64,000 nucleotides of DNA, from IMG/VR virus record IMGVR_UViG_3300025154_000049, positions 64,001 through 128,000 of that record. The stretch is one strand, 5' to 3'. Below, one piece after another: positions 39,806 through 49,462 of the stretch. Origin of the DNA: a virus. Position numbers and translations under genes: made by a program. Position 1 is the first letter of the stretch. Each line of letters starts with the position of its first letter. Below the pieces are notes generated by a model, which did not search any database, was not told where the DNA came from, and worked only from the letters and a program-made list of their open reading frames with translations.

Positions 39806-39992
39806 ACATTAGTAAAGCTAGTTTTAAATTTTTTCTTACATACTTTACATTTTATCTCTATAGCTTTATCTCTTTTTATCTCTTTGTCTTTACACTTAGA
39901 ACACTTCATGATGTCTGCTTTCTTTTTTGTTATGTTATTAATATACCACAGCTTATTAATTTTTACAAGGGGTTTGTTAATAAATTGTTACA

Positions 39993-40505
39993 TTATTCAA
40001 CAAGTTCTATCATAGTTTTCCTAACACGGTTTAATTTTTCCATAGTGCTCTTAGCTCTTCTTTTTACTTTTGCCCTGTCGTACCCAGTAAAAGTTATAAA
40101 TGTTTTATCTTTAGAAGCAATACTCTTATGTAATTCTATCTCTTCTATCTTTCTGATGTCTCTGGTTGGTACAAGTTTAGGGAAGTCTTCGTCTTCTTCT
40201 AGTTTTATCCCGTCTTTGTCTTCACTTGCTTTTATAGTACAAGGAACTCCTACAGAATAATCAGAGTATTCATCAGGTATAAAATATTCTACTCTAGCTA
40301 TAGAAGGAATTTCCTCCTCTTCAAATTTAGCATTGTATTCATCTCTGAGTCTATTAGCTTCGTAGCCAGAGGTGAATACTCCAACAACCTCTATACTGCT
40401 GGCAGAGTAAGAACCGTAGTTAGATTTATAGCTACCCATAGTAATCCACATGTTACGAACATCTTCATGGATTAGATATAAAGTATAAATAAGATTATCT
40501 TTCAT
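39993..40505 (-). CDS. hypothetical protein with MxEL tag
   Basis: ends TMIELVE. Confidence 0.75.
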   Translation of the reverse strand: MKDNLIYTLYLIHEDVRNMWITMGSYKSNYGSYSASSIEVVGVFTSGYEANRLRDEYNAKFEEEEIPSIARVEYFIPDEYSDYSVGVPCTIKASEDKDGIKLEEDEDFPKLVPTRDIRKIEEIELHKSIASKDKTFITFTGYDRAKVKRRAKSTMEKLNRVRKTMIELVE

Positions 40506-40996
40506 TATTCTACCAGCTCCTGCATTGTTTCATAGTGTGGAAAAGCATCTAAAAATATTTCAGAATGCCATATAATCATACTTACTAATTGTTCGTATTC
40601 TATTTTATTCATGAATTCTTCTTTAGCTTCTTCTAACATCTCTGCCTTATATAAAGCTCTTGACATCACGGGGGTTAAATTCGCTTCTGTTTCAAAAACC
40701 TTATCGGGGAGTAACTTAAGATTCTTAAAAACATCTTGAGCTATTAAATTAGCCGTAGCTTTAGTAGCCTCTCTACAACTGGCTACTTTCATTTGGGGAT
40801 ACCCTCCAACAAATCTTGTTCTTACCTTAACTTCCATACCCCATATATTACGCATTGCCATATCAATACCCATAACGTACTCAGAAGATTTTGTAGTTTT
40901 TACTATAGGCTTGGGAATATTATTTTTACCGTACAAGTTATTATTGTGAACGTGCCCTAATTTATTTAAGTGCATTCCAAAAGGCTTTTTACCCAT
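40505..40996 (-). CDS. hypothetical protein with MxEL tag
   Basis: ends TMQELVE. Confidence 0.75.
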   Translation of the reverse strand: MGKKPFGMHLNKLGHVHNNNLYGKNNIPKPIVKTTKSSEYVMGIDMAMRNIWGMEVKVRTRFVGGYPQMKVASCREATKATANLIAQDVFKNLKLLPDKVFETEANLTPVMSRALYKAEMLEEAKEEFMNKIEYEQLVSMIIWHSEIFLDAFPHYETMQELVE

Positions 40997-41017
40997 ATAT
41001 TATTTCCTTTCTAAAAT

Positions 41018-41052
41018 TAGTATAGCAAAGAAAAAGGACTTTTTCAAGTCCT
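41018..41052 (-). promoter_or_regulatory. terminator-promoter cassette, identical to 37099-37133
   Basis: 35-bp exact duplicate. Confidence 0.8.
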
Positions 41053-41082
41053 AGGTCATGAGTATTAAATTATTGTTACAAA

Positions 41083-41403
41083 TTATCCTTTAAATCTTTT
41101 TTCTTCTTTTAATTCATGTATCATATCGTATTTAAGCATTATATCTTTCCATTCTTCATTACCCTCAAACATTTCACATCCTATACCATGTCTTCCAGAT
41201 AACATAAAACTCTCTGTTTCGTTATATGTGAAAGAACATACATAACAATAGGGAGTAGAAATGGATTTTCCGTTGTGCCACGGGTGCCCGCACACAAGTC
41301 TGTGGTGAGTACATTGACAACAACAGCCTATACAAGGTGCCCCTGTTGAAGGCTCGTAAGTATAGTGAGGAAATTTATCTATATTATATTTTTCTACACC
41401 CAT
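41083..41403 (-). CDS. Cys-rich protein with degenerate MxEL tag
   Basis: CCCQC...CEMF; MIHELKE. Confidence 0.65.
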   Translation of the reverse strand: MGVEKYNIDKFPHYTYEPSTGAPCIGCCCQCTHHRLVCGHPWHNGKSISTPYCYVCSFTYNETESFMLSGRHGIGCEMFEGNEEWKDIMLKYDMIHELKEEKRFKG

Positions 41404-41741
41404 AATCGTAATCTCGCTAAAGATTTTGGTAATAAACTTTCTTCTATAGGATAAATAACTATTCCTGTGAGAGTTCTACCATTAAATTCGGTAAATCCTT
41501 CATCAATAATGTCATTATATGCGATATTATTGTCTTCTAAAGTTTTTCTAAGATTGTTTAGTTTCTCCAAAGAAGAAACTTTTAATAATATTTTTCTTCT
41601 ATATGATTCTTGCACCCACTTAGCGTGGTTATCCTTTGCACCAGACCAAATAAGGTCAGTTCCATGTCCAACTTGTATTCCCAACTTTGAGATGGACATA
41701 TTTAAGTCTTCTCTTAATAAAAAATATGCTTTAACGACCAT
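41394..41741 (-). CDS. pth2: peptidyl-tRNA hydrolase type 2
   Basis: LREDLNMS.SKLGIQVGHG, KILLKV, IIDEGFTEF...TLT, L.RLRL. Confidence 0.85.
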   Translation of the reverse strand: MVVKAYFLLREDLNMSISKLGIQVGHGTDLIWSGAKDNHAKWVQESYRRKILLKVSSLEKLNNLRKTLEDNNIAYNDIIDEGFTEFNGRTLTGIVIYPIEESLLPKSLARLRLWV

Positions 41742-41773
41742 AAGATACTCCTAAAGACATTCTTTTATAAACA

Positions 41774-42910
41774 TCATATCTTGGTATAATTTTGTAAGTT
41801 TTCTTCATATTTTATCCTATATGGGTTATTTAATCTACCTACGTACTCATGGGAGTAACATAATCTTCTGGTATCTAGTTTCATGTGATGCCATAAATCT
41901 TTTTTACTTTGTTTTTGAGACTTCTCCCTACTTTTTAAATTTGTGGAAGTGGGTCTCCACAAACTACTCGTTTGTCTATACTCCCCCATTCTTATATGAG
42001 CTGTTTTAGAAAAATATCTATATCCCTTATTTAGAAACATTTCTCCAATGCTATCAGAGAATCGGGTACCTATTCCCATTCCTTGATAATCAGGGAGAAC
42101 TACCAATCTACTTTCTCTAAATTTATTCCTATTATCTCCTTCGTATAGAGGAGGAATTCTACTAGGTAAAGATAAATTACCAGAAAACACTATTTCTTGA
42201 TTTCCCCACAATCCCACATAACACTTCGCTGCTATATTCATATCATTATTTAGATAATGATGTTTTGAGAACAAGTTCCAAGTTTTATAATCTGTCTCAT
42301 ATATGTCGATTTTGATTTGAGGTCTACATCGAAGTAACCTCCGTTCGGTTAGTTGTCCAGAATCAGTATCAAAAATCCAATCTGGGTCTAACCACTCCAC
42401 TATATCTCTATGACAACTTGATATAGTTATGTTCTTTAAATTATTCTTCCTTATATACTTAGATATCGCAACAGAACAAGCCTTAGCTACATTTCTATCT
42501 ACTACTGAAGTGAATTCATCTATAATAGCATTATCTCTTAAAGACATAGCTAACTCAGCCCTGAATTTTTCTCCATTAGATAAAACATAGTAAGGTTTTG
42601 TCCAAGAAGGTATGGTGTTTAGACCAACTGCTGATAATTTATCTATAGCTTCTTCAGGAGTATCAAAATGACTCGCAATACATCTATCATAATCCCACAC
42701 ACTATGGAGTTCTTTCCCGAATTCTCTAAGAAGCGTAGTCTTCCCACTACCCGAAGAACCCACTATTAAACCTACATTATAGTTATTATCGCTTAGATTA
42801 GGTTTTTCCCAACAATTAAATATATTAACACCACTAAATTCATAATCAAAACATTTCGATATTTTTTCAGTGTATTCATCAGTTTTAACAGTACATTTAA
42901 CTTGTCTCAC
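41774..42910 (-). CDS. ABC-type ATPase fused to GNAT acetyltransferase
   Basis: GSSGSGKTT, LSNGEKFR, IDEFTSVVDR; HHYL, RLVVLPDYQGMGIG. Confidence 0.88.
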   Translation of the reverse strand: MRQVKCTVKTDEYTEKISKCFDYEFSGVNIFNCWEKPNLSDNNYNVGLIVGSSGSGKTTLLREFGKELHSVWDYDRCIASHFDTPEEAIDKLSAVGLNTIPSWTKPYYVLSNGEKFRAELAMSLRDNAIIDEFTSVVDRNVAKACSVAISKYIRKNNLKNITISSCHRDIVEWLDPDWIFDTDSGQLTERRLLRCRPQIKIDIYETDYKTWNLFSKHHYLNNDMNIAAKCYVGLWGNQEIVFSGNLSLPSRIPPLYEGDNRNKFRESRLVVLPDYQGMGIGTRFSDSIGEMFLNKGYRYFSKTAHIRMGEYRQTSSLWRPTSTNLKSREKSQKQSKKDLWHHMKLDTRRLCYSHEYVGRLNNPYRIKYEENLQNYTKI

Positions 42911-42913
42911 CGA

Positions 42914-43159
42914 TTAACCTCTCTCATCAAACTCTTCAGTCATCTCTTCATAGAACTCACAATCTTCCATGGATTCTAATATCTCTTCACAAAATTGTTT
43001 TCTTTTGATACAGAAGAACTCTAAATCGAAGGAGTAACCTCCATTATCCGTACTTCCTTCTCCAATTGTTTTTAATTCAGAGTAGCTACAATTAGAACAA
43101 TATTTTACTTCCAAACAATCTCTATCTCCACACATGAATATACTCCTTTTTAAAAACAT
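42914..43159 (-). CDS. Cys-rich hypothetical protein
   Basis: true start likely MCGDRD (annotated ATG lies in a -10 box). Confidence 0.6.
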   Translation of the reverse strand: MFLKRSIFMCGDRDCLEVKYCSNCSYSELKTIGEGSTDNGGYSFDLEFFCIKRKQFCEEILESMEDCEFYEEMTEEFDERG

Positions 43160-43186
43160 TATACCATGAGATATTTAAAATGTCAA
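43158..43186 (-). promoter_or_regulatory. sigma70-type early promoter
   Basis: TTGACA-17-TATAAT with TG. Confidence 0.8.
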
Positions 43187-43309
43187 GCAATAAAAAAGTA
43201 GTTAAGTTTGTAGGGCAAACAGCTACATTTTTAACTACTATAAGAGAAAAGGCAAAAAATGTGTATACTTTTATTATACCACTATTTAGTTATTTGTCAA
43301 GTGATAATA

Positions 43310-43627
43310 TTATTCTAATTCTATTAAAGTTATATCATAGTCTTTATTAGTCTTTTGAATTCTTATTTCGTAATCTGGCTGAGATTGCTTAATAGTGTCT
43401 AGCATATCTTTATTATTTAATTCCGCTTCAAAGTCAGGTTCATTTCTTTTATAGAGACTTTTGGCTACGTGAAAGGTATCCCCATCTACTCTGGTATAAA
43501 CAAAATCAGTATCTCCCTTTGTATTTAAATAAAATACATTCTGCACTTCTGGAAATACATAATCTAGTCCTCGAGGAGGAACATCTGATTTTATATAATC
43601 TAATAGTTCTAAAATTCTTTTTAACAT
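43310..43627 (-). CDS. hypothetical protein with KKI-E-like leader
   Basis: MLKRILELL; late motif at 43672-43687. Confidence 0.7.
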   Translation of the reverse strand: MLKRILELLDYIKSDVPPRGLDYVFPEVQNVFYLNTKGDTDFVYTRVDGDTFHVAKSLYKRNEPDFEAELNNKDMLDTIKQSQPDYEIRIQKTNKDYDITLIELE

Positions 43628-43759
43628 AGTTTACCCACCACTTCTCCAATACATTCTACCAATGTTTCTTCTCATTTAAAATATAAAAGAAACGTCATTT
43701 ATCATGACGTTTCGATAACCCATTACACCTATAGTGTAAGTACTCATGGCACTTGGGAA

Positions 43760-45766
43760 TTAGTCTTCCATTAGGTCTAATTGTTTGAGAATAGCTTTTA
43801 TACTTTCATGACCTAATTTTAATTTTTGTTGTTTATTTCTCTTGTCTGTTAATATGTCTTTATATTTTTGGAATACTTTCATAACATCATTAAAGAATTC
43901 TTCAGACTCCTCGAAAGGCTTTTTAAAGTCTTCCATTATATCTTCTATCTTCTCTTCTTGGTTTTCGTCTAAATATATCTCATTGTATCTTAGATTCTCT
44001 TCCGCCATCCACTGTGCATTACTTTTTATACTTTCCCCAATATCTCCAAAGTCAGATTTTAATTCATAGTATTGAAAAGGAACCCATAAGTATTTAAGAT
44101 AAGAACCATGAAAATCTTTTTTCTCATATCCTACTATATCTTCTATCTGTTTTATAGTTTCCGAACTTATAACACCATATCTATGTAGTAAATTAACTAA
44201 ATCTCCGTGCATACTTGGATACAGAGTTAAGAAAGAATCGAGGGACTGTTCTCTCATATTAACATCAAAGAATTTTTTAACATAACTGGATATTTCTTCA
44301 TTCTGAGTTAAAGACCTCCAGATAGATTCTTTAGTTTCGTCTGCATAAACAATATCTATAAAATCTGCTATATCACTATCCATCTCTTTCAAAAATTCTT
44401 TGATCTGAACTTCTTGATAAACCCAATTATCTTTTACTTTGAAAGCATATCCAGTAAGTTTGTTCATCCCCTCGGATATAGCTTCACTAGAGGGGTTATC
44501 TACTAACATAAACAGTTCAGGGTGCTCTTCCAGATGTGCTTCTGCCACCTCGGAGAAGAAATCTTTAAGACCTTTATGTTCTGATAAAAACTCTAATAGA
44601 TTTATCTTCCTATCATCTTTATCCATAAAGGAACCTGTTTCAAACTGAAATTGATATTTTTCAGAAGGGTTTTGATTATTTATTATTACGTATAGAATAC
44701 CTTGTCCACTATAAGTATCATAATAAGACCTATCAGAAGTAGAAGCAGTACACCACCTAGTTCCAGAGCCTAGGTTACAAGATGCTTCATAACTGTTAGG
44801 ATTCCAAACTTGCCACTCTTCGTCCTCATAAGCTTTTTCTGCCCTTTGAAAACCTTGTTTTTTAATTTGTCTTTGTCTTTGTTTATTAGATAAAGCTAGT
44901 TCTTGGTCTTGAACAGAATCCAATCCTACAGCTAAGTCGGGTAATGTCTTGAATTGGAATATATCTTTATTAGGAAATTTCTTTTTATTAGCTTCAAAAT
45001 CATTTAAGTACTCAGTAACTTTATAGAAATCTTCTTCCTTTAAATTATTAGTAGTCCAAAGTTTTAATATCCATCTGGCATAATTTCCAGCGATATCTCC
45101 TCCTCTGTAGGTAGGGTCGAGATTAACAAGTTTCCAAAACAACCCATTATCAATAGCTGAATAGTACTTGTTGTACATATCAGATAAACCTTCATTCATG
45201 GATTCGTCTTGGGAATTATTCGAGTTAGTTATTTCTACAGTAGTATCGTTTTGAAAGGATACTTCTTTTACTCCTAATTTGAGAGCTATCTCTTTTATAA
45301 AATAGGAATCCATCAGTTGAGAGATAAATTTATTTTTAAATTCTTCTACATCTGAATCTGAATAGTAACCATCAACATCTAAAATTAAATCTTTTTTCCA
45401 ATAATATAGATGCAATTGGATTCCTTCTAATCCTAATTGTTCCATTACGTCATGATGTAATGCTTTAGCATTCCACACGTAGTAGTCATTATCCCAGACT
45501 AACAGTCTAATAGCTCTATTCTTATAAAGCATATTCTTTATTAAATACAAATCTGGATTATGTTCTACTGGATAGAGTTCACCATCTACGTCAGCCTCAA
45601 CGTAATCAAAGAATTCTTCAGTTACCTGTTTCAGTTTCTTCTTTTTCTTTTTATGTTTCTTAGGAGATTCTGGATAAATAGCAAGATTAGTAGCAGGAGG
45701 ATATGATATTTCCACATCTCCCTTTAAGATACCCTCAACTATTTTTTTAACTTTATCCAAGCCCAT
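43760..45766 (-). CDS. leader-bearing multidomain protein (KNP-RF-VW-LH domain + GTxWCT domain)
   Basis: MGLDKVKKIVE; poly-K tract; paralogy to 31338 and 34455. Confidence 0.8.
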   Translation of the reverse strand: MGLDKVKKIVEGILKGDVEISYPPATNLAIYPESPKKHKKKKKKLKQVTEEFFDYVEADVDGELYPVEHNPDLYLIKNMLYKNRAIRLLVWDNDYYVWNAKALHHDVMEQLGLEGIQLHLYYWKKDLILDVDGYYSDSDVEEFKNKFISQLMDSYFIKEIALKLGVKEVSFQNDTTVEITNSNNSQDESMNEGLSDMYNKYYSAIDNGLFWKLVNLDPTYRGGDIAGNYARWILKLWTTNNLKEEDFYKVTEYLNDFEANKKKFPNKDIFQFKTLPDLAVGLDSVQDQELALSNKQRQRQIKKQGFQRAEKAYEDEEWQVWNPNSYEASCNLGSGTRWCTASTSDRSYYDTYSGQGILYVIINNQNPSEKYQFQFETGSFMDKDDRKINLLEFLSEHKGLKDFFSEVAEAHLEEHPELFMLVDNPSSEAISEGMNKLTGYAFKVKDNWVYQEVQIKEFLKEMDSDIADFIDIVYADETKESIWRSLTQNEEISSYVKKFFDVNMREQSLDSFLTLYPSMHGDLVNLLHRYGVISSETIKQIEDIVGYEKKDFHGSYLKYLWVPFQYYELKSDFGDIGESIKSNAQWMAEENLRYNEIYLDENQEEKIEDIMEDFKKPFEESEEFFNDVMKVFQKYKDILTDKRNKQQKLKLGHESIKAILKQLDLMED

Positions 45767-45769
45767 TAA

Positions 45770-45976
45770 TTATTCTCTTCCATCAATAAAAGATTTTAAC
45801 TTGTTAATAAAGGGTTTTAATATTCTTCTTACTTCCTCGGAGTCAGAATCGGTACTCATAGAATAGTATAGACCGTCTTCTATCTCCTCTAATTCTTTTA
45901 CTAAGTCAGACAACTCCGAGCTGTCTTCGTAGTTGTATCCCTCATTTACTATCTTTTGTATTTTTTTAAACGACAT
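45770..45976 (-). CDS. small acidic protein with KKI-E leader
   Basis: MSFKKIQKIVNE. Confidence 0.7.
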   Translation of the reverse strand: MSFKKIQKIVNEGYNYEDSSELSDLVKELEEIEDGLYYSMSTDSDSEEVRRILKPFINKLKSFIDGRE

Positions 45977-45985
45977 TTTAAAACC

Positions 45986-46255
45986 TCAAACTATTCTATT
46001 CTTAGTATACTCTTTTTTAATACGTTCCCTCATTATACCAAATTTGGATTCTCCAAGAGAGGATATCAGGGCATCTTGTATACCCCTTAAATAATATTTA
46101 TTCTTTTCTGATTTATGCTCTCGATAATCATAGTATGCTTTTCTATATAAGCTTATTGCGGATTTATCCATAGCATCTCTAGTAGGAGTACCCTTATTTG
46201 ATATCTCCTCGAACAGCTTTGTGTTTTCTACATTTTCCAATATCTTCTTGAACAT
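45986..46255 (-). CDS. hypothetical protein with KKI-E leader
   Basis: MFKKILENVE. Confidence 0.7.
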   Translation of the reverse strand: MFKKILENVENTKLFEEISNKGTPTRDAMDKSAISLYRKAYYDYREHKSEKNKYYLRGIQDALISSLGESKFGIMRERIKKEYTKNRIV

Positions 46256-46256
46256 T

Positions 46257-46661
46257 TTAATATCTCAGTATCATTACCGCTTGTTTTACTTTAGCATTAA
46301 AGTAATTTCTACAATACTCTTCTGCCATTTTTTCGTCATAATTTTTACAGGAGTAAATATTTAATGAAACCCTATTAAGATTATCAAAGGTGTGTATAGT
46401 TATATTAGATGTTTTTAAGAATAATACAGTGGAACATCCTTTAAGGTGCTCAAACTCTTCAGGTGTTTTATCAGGGTCTTGTACTGTGTATTCCCAAGTA
46501 TGTATTTCTACCGAAGTCATATCTATGAAATCACATAAATCTTGGGTAAACTTCTCTACTCTGTCTTTATTGAAATCTTTTAAATTACAATTGTGTAAAT
46601 CCAAAATTAATTCTTTTCCAAGTATCTCCCCCGAATTTATTTTATCTTGTATTTCCGACAT
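46257..46661 (-). CDS. speD: S-adenosylmethionine decarboxylase proenzyme-like
   Basis: GKELILDLHNC, GCS...LKTSNITIHTF, LNIYSCK. Confidence 0.8.
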   Translation of the reverse strand: MSEIQDKINSGEILGKELILDLHNCNLKDFNKDRVEKFTQDLCDFIDMTSVEIHTWEYTVQDPDKTPEEFEHLKGCSTVLFLKTSNITIHTFDNLNRVSLNIYSCKNYDEKMAEEYCRNYFNAKVKQAVMILRY

Positions 46662-46700
46662 TTTAGTATTCCCTCAACTAATGCTAAAAACAATAATTAT

Positions 46701-46716
46701 CTATTTAAAATATAAA
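46701..46716 (-). promoter_or_regulatory. late-type promoter motif
   Basis: TTTATATTTTAAATAG. Confidence 0.65.
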
Positions 46717-46737
46717 TTAATCAATTGTTTTTTAACA

Positions 46738-47058
46738 CTAATTTACTAATTCGTGCATGGTGCCAAATATCTCTACATCTTCTTTAGAGTATACATCTAC
46801 TTCATAGACACTTCCCGTATTTCTACTAAGCCAAACTTTTATCCTACTTTTCCAACAGGGTCTAACTCTATCGTTTACTAAATTAATAACACTGCGGAAA
46901 TAGTTGTATATATCATTTATGTTTTCAAATTCCCATACCCAATAGTTATTATTAGGCATAGTTTTAATAACTAAATAAGAATTCCCCAAAAAATTCCTAG
47001 ATATTCTTATGTAATATTTATTTTCCGTAGCCTCATCTATGGAAGTTATTCTTTTCAT
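46738..47058 (-). CDS. hypothetical protein with MxEL tag
   Basis: ends TMHELVN. Confidence 0.75.
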   Translation of the reverse strand: MKRITSIDEATENKYYIRISRNFLGNSYLVIKTMPNNNYWVWEFENINDIYNYFRSVINLVNDRVRPCWKSRIKVWLSRNTGSVYEVDVYSKEDVEIFGTMHELVN

Positions 47059-47396
47059 TTTATTAATTCATCCATCATCTTTATACTGATTATCTCATCT
47101 ATATTATCCAATTCAAATATTTTAATGTCATAGCTTCTTAATCTAAATCCATACTCAAAATATCCTATCTTACCCTTAAATACGTCTATCAGGAGACCTT
47201 CTGTTAAAATAGTATTATCCTGTCTGGGATTTCCGTAACGATATTCTCTCCATTTACTTTTCTTTCCTCCGCAGGTGTAAAAGAATCTATACTCAGGAAA
47301 CTTGGAGAGAGAAGAATCCCAATGATGCACTCCAGTTTTCTTATAACAGTATACTTTAAGGGGATTTAATTTTTCAGGAGGGTCTATAAGTCTCAT
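47055..47396 (-). CDS. hypothetical protein with MxEL tag
   Basis: ends MMDELIK. Confidence 0.75.
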   Translation of the reverse strand: MRLIDPPEKLNPLKVYCYKKTGVHHWDSSLSKFPEYRFFYTCGGKKSKWREYRYGNPRQDNTILTEGLLIDVFKGKIGYFEYGFRLRSYDIKIFELDNIDEIISIKMMDELIK

Positions 47397-47605
47397 TATT
47401 GGATTAACTCCTGCATATACTTTCTAGCTTCCCTAAATTTATAGGATAATCTAAACCTATGGCACTTCTGGGCATTTCTTTCATATCTGGCATTATGGCA
47501 AGGCTCGGATTTACTTTCATTATGCTCACATATTCTACACGTCCTATAGATACATCTACTTGCATTACACTTAGCTTTTCCTCCGTTACAGTTTACACAA
47601 CTCAT
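47396..47605 (-). CDS. Cys-rich protein with MxEL tag
   Basis: ends YMQELIQ. Confidence 0.7.
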   Translation of the reverse strand: MSCVNCNGGKAKCNASRCIYRTCRICEHNESKSEPCHNARYERNAQKCHRFRLSYKFREARKYMQELIQ

Positions 47606-47865
47606 CCTATAAGTTCCTTTATCATTAGATGATTTTTATATTCAGTATAGGTCATACATTCGTAAGATATTAATCCCCCATCTTCAGAGTAGACATCAAT
47701 TACCTCTTGTATACTTGTGTATCGGGTATCGTGAAACTTACCTTGGTAATTGTACAAAACATACAAATATTTACTCCTACTCTTCTGTTTATAAATAGCA
47801 ACATCGTCAGCTTCATCACTGCTGAACCAAGGAGCACGTACTCTTAATTTGTGATATACCGTCAT
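47602..47865 (-). CDS. hypothetical protein with MxEL-type tag
   Basis: ends MIKELIG. Confidence 0.75.
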   Translation of the reverse strand: MTVYHKLRVRAPWFSSDEADDVAIYKQKSRSKYLYVLYNYQGKFHDTRYTSIQEVIDVYSEDGGLISYECMTYTEYKNHLMIKELIG

Positions 47866-48176
47866 GATGTTAATTCTTCCATAGTACCCATCGTCAATAC
47901 ATAGTCGTCCAATTCTTCTTCACTATCAAATTCAAATAGCTTTACCCTAGAATCGTATACCTGTTCCTCTACGAACCATCTTTCTAATTCAGAAATTCCA
48001 GAGAACTCAGTTCTTCTAAACTTATCTGGTTTCGTTTGTTGTTTATAGAATACTTTACCTTTCTTACTTATCTTATAAGTAGCCCAAGTATTACCGCTAA
48101 GTATTCTACTATCGGGGCAATATATTAAAGTATAGGAATTTAATTTTAGAAATCCTCTTATCTTTATTTCTTTCAT
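47862..48176 (-). CDS. hypothetical protein with MxEL tag
   Basis: ends TMEELTS. Confidence 0.75.
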   Translation of the reverse strand: MKEIKIRGFLKLNSYTLIYCPDSRILSGNTWATYKISKKGKVFYKQQTKPDKFRRTEFSGISELERWFVEEQVYDSRVKLFEFDSEEELDDYVLTMGTMEELTS

Positions 48177-48394
48177 GATATGAGTTCTCTCATAGTTTTA
48201 TAGTTATCTACCGCTTCCCAGAATTCCTCTTTGGTTATTTTAGTCCAATTCCTTTTAGCCAACTCACTGGAACCTGTTGTAGTTAGAGTATAATATTTTT
48301 TAGTAAATATCTCATTGATATGATAGCTATGTGTTAGCCCCCAGTCATTTATTAAATGGACATATCCATAAGGGTCTCTGTAATACTCCGACAT
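48173..48394 (-). CDS. hypothetical protein with MxEL tag
   Basis: ends TMRELIS. Confidence 0.75.
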   Translation of the reverse strand: MSEYYRDPYGYVHLINDWGLTHSYHINEIFTKKYYTLTTTGSSELAKRNWTKITKEEFWEAVDNYKTMRELIS

Positions 48395-48406
48395 TATTTC
48401 CTCTTA

Positions 48407-48520
48407 ATTGTAACCTATAGGTTACATTTTACTCTACTGATTGTAACCTATAGGTTACATTTTACTTTATTATCTATAGGTTATATTTATTATTTAAAAA
48501 CATAATAGATAGGTTATAAT
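48407..48520. repeat. tandem 18-bp palindromes plus degenerate copies
   Basis: TGTAACCTATAGGTTACA at 48409 and 48442; partial ATAGGTTATA copies downstream. Confidence 0.9.
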
Positions 48521-48521
48521 T

Positions 48522-48905
48522 TTAAGATACCAACTCCTTCATCATAAAGTAACTATTGTAGTGAGACTCGTTTTCAAACTCTAATAAGTCCATGTGAGGT
48601 TTTTCATAATAAACATGAGCGTACCCAAAATGCTTAGTTAGATAAGAAACCAGATGATTTACTTTTAAGCAATGCCATCTACCCTTATCGTCTTTAAGAT
48701 AGATACCGCTCTTATCTCTTTTTATAGCCAATTCTTTAAAGTCGTCATTTTTAAATAATGTGGTAGGGAAAGCTATAGCATAGAATTTACCTTCCTTGAA
48801 TAGCTCACTAGGAATTTTATAATTCTTAGTTATGTTAGATAGTTTAATCTTTTTGACTTTATTAGTAATTTTACTCATTCCGTTAGTTCCCGTATATGTT
48901 TCCAC
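48522..48905 (-). CDS. hypothetical protein with MxEL tag
   Basis: ends MMKELVS; true start likely MSKITN. Confidence 0.75.
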   Translation of the reverse strand: METYTGTNGMSKITNKVKKIKLSNITKNYKIPSELFKEGKFYAIAFPTTLFKNDDFKELAIKRDKSGIYLKDDKGRWHCLKVNHLVSYLTKHFGYAHVYYEKPHMDLLEFENESHYNSYFMMKELVS

Positions 48906-49111
48906 TTAGCCATACTTTCGTCATCTATCGTAAGACAATCATAGGGACAATGTTCTACTGCCTTTATTATCTTTAGTTCATTACCTTCTATGTTCTGCTC
49001 CTTTATCTCTATCAAGAAGAAAGAACGAGGGCTATCTATTAGAAAAACTTCAGGACAATAATACTCACAATGCTTACATAGTTGGCATTCATCTCCTATG
49101 TATATTATCAT
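48875..49111 (-). CDS. ferredoxin (single Fe-S cluster type) with MxEL-type tag
   Basis: CQLCKHCEYYCPEVF...AVEHCPYDCL; ends HIRELTE. Confidence 0.8.
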   Translation of the reverse strand: MIIYIGDECQLCKHCEYYCPEVFLIDSPRSFFLIEIKEQNIEGNELKIIKAVEHCPYDCLTIDDESMAKWKHIRELTE

Positions 49112-49458
49112 CTGACAAGTTCTTCCATAACTTTGATTTTATCTATCTCTTGCTGAATCATAAAATCGGGCATGTCGTGAAGTTTCTGAAAATCTTCTCC
49201 GCATAGATTATAAATTCGTTCTATTATCTTGAATTTTATTGCATCGGAAGTTATCCTAGATACATGAGAGTATAGAAAGGCTGTGCTTATACAATTAAAT
49301 ATCTCTTCCTCGTAGGTCTTCTGAACTATCAATTTTAATAGTTCAGTTCGTAAAGGGTCTGAAATACAATCATCTGTAAAGAATTCAATATTTATACTAC
49401 ATTGAATTTCACCATGTATACTATTAGTTATTTCTATATCTATCCTTGGATTTATCAT
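49108..49458 (-). CDS. hypothetical protein with MxEL tag
   Basis: ends VMEELVR. Confidence 0.75.
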   Translation of the reverse strand: MINPRIDIEITNSIHGEIQCSINIEFFTDDCISDPLRTELLKLIVQKTYEEEIFNCISTAFLYSHVSRITSDAIKFKIIERIYNLCGEDFQKLHDMPDFMIQQEIDKIKVMEELVR

Positions 49459-49462
49459 GTTT

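Noticed and set aside
48407-48520. Mini-CRISPR array
   Set aside because: Only two full copies, and the intervening sequence is far too short to be a spacer.
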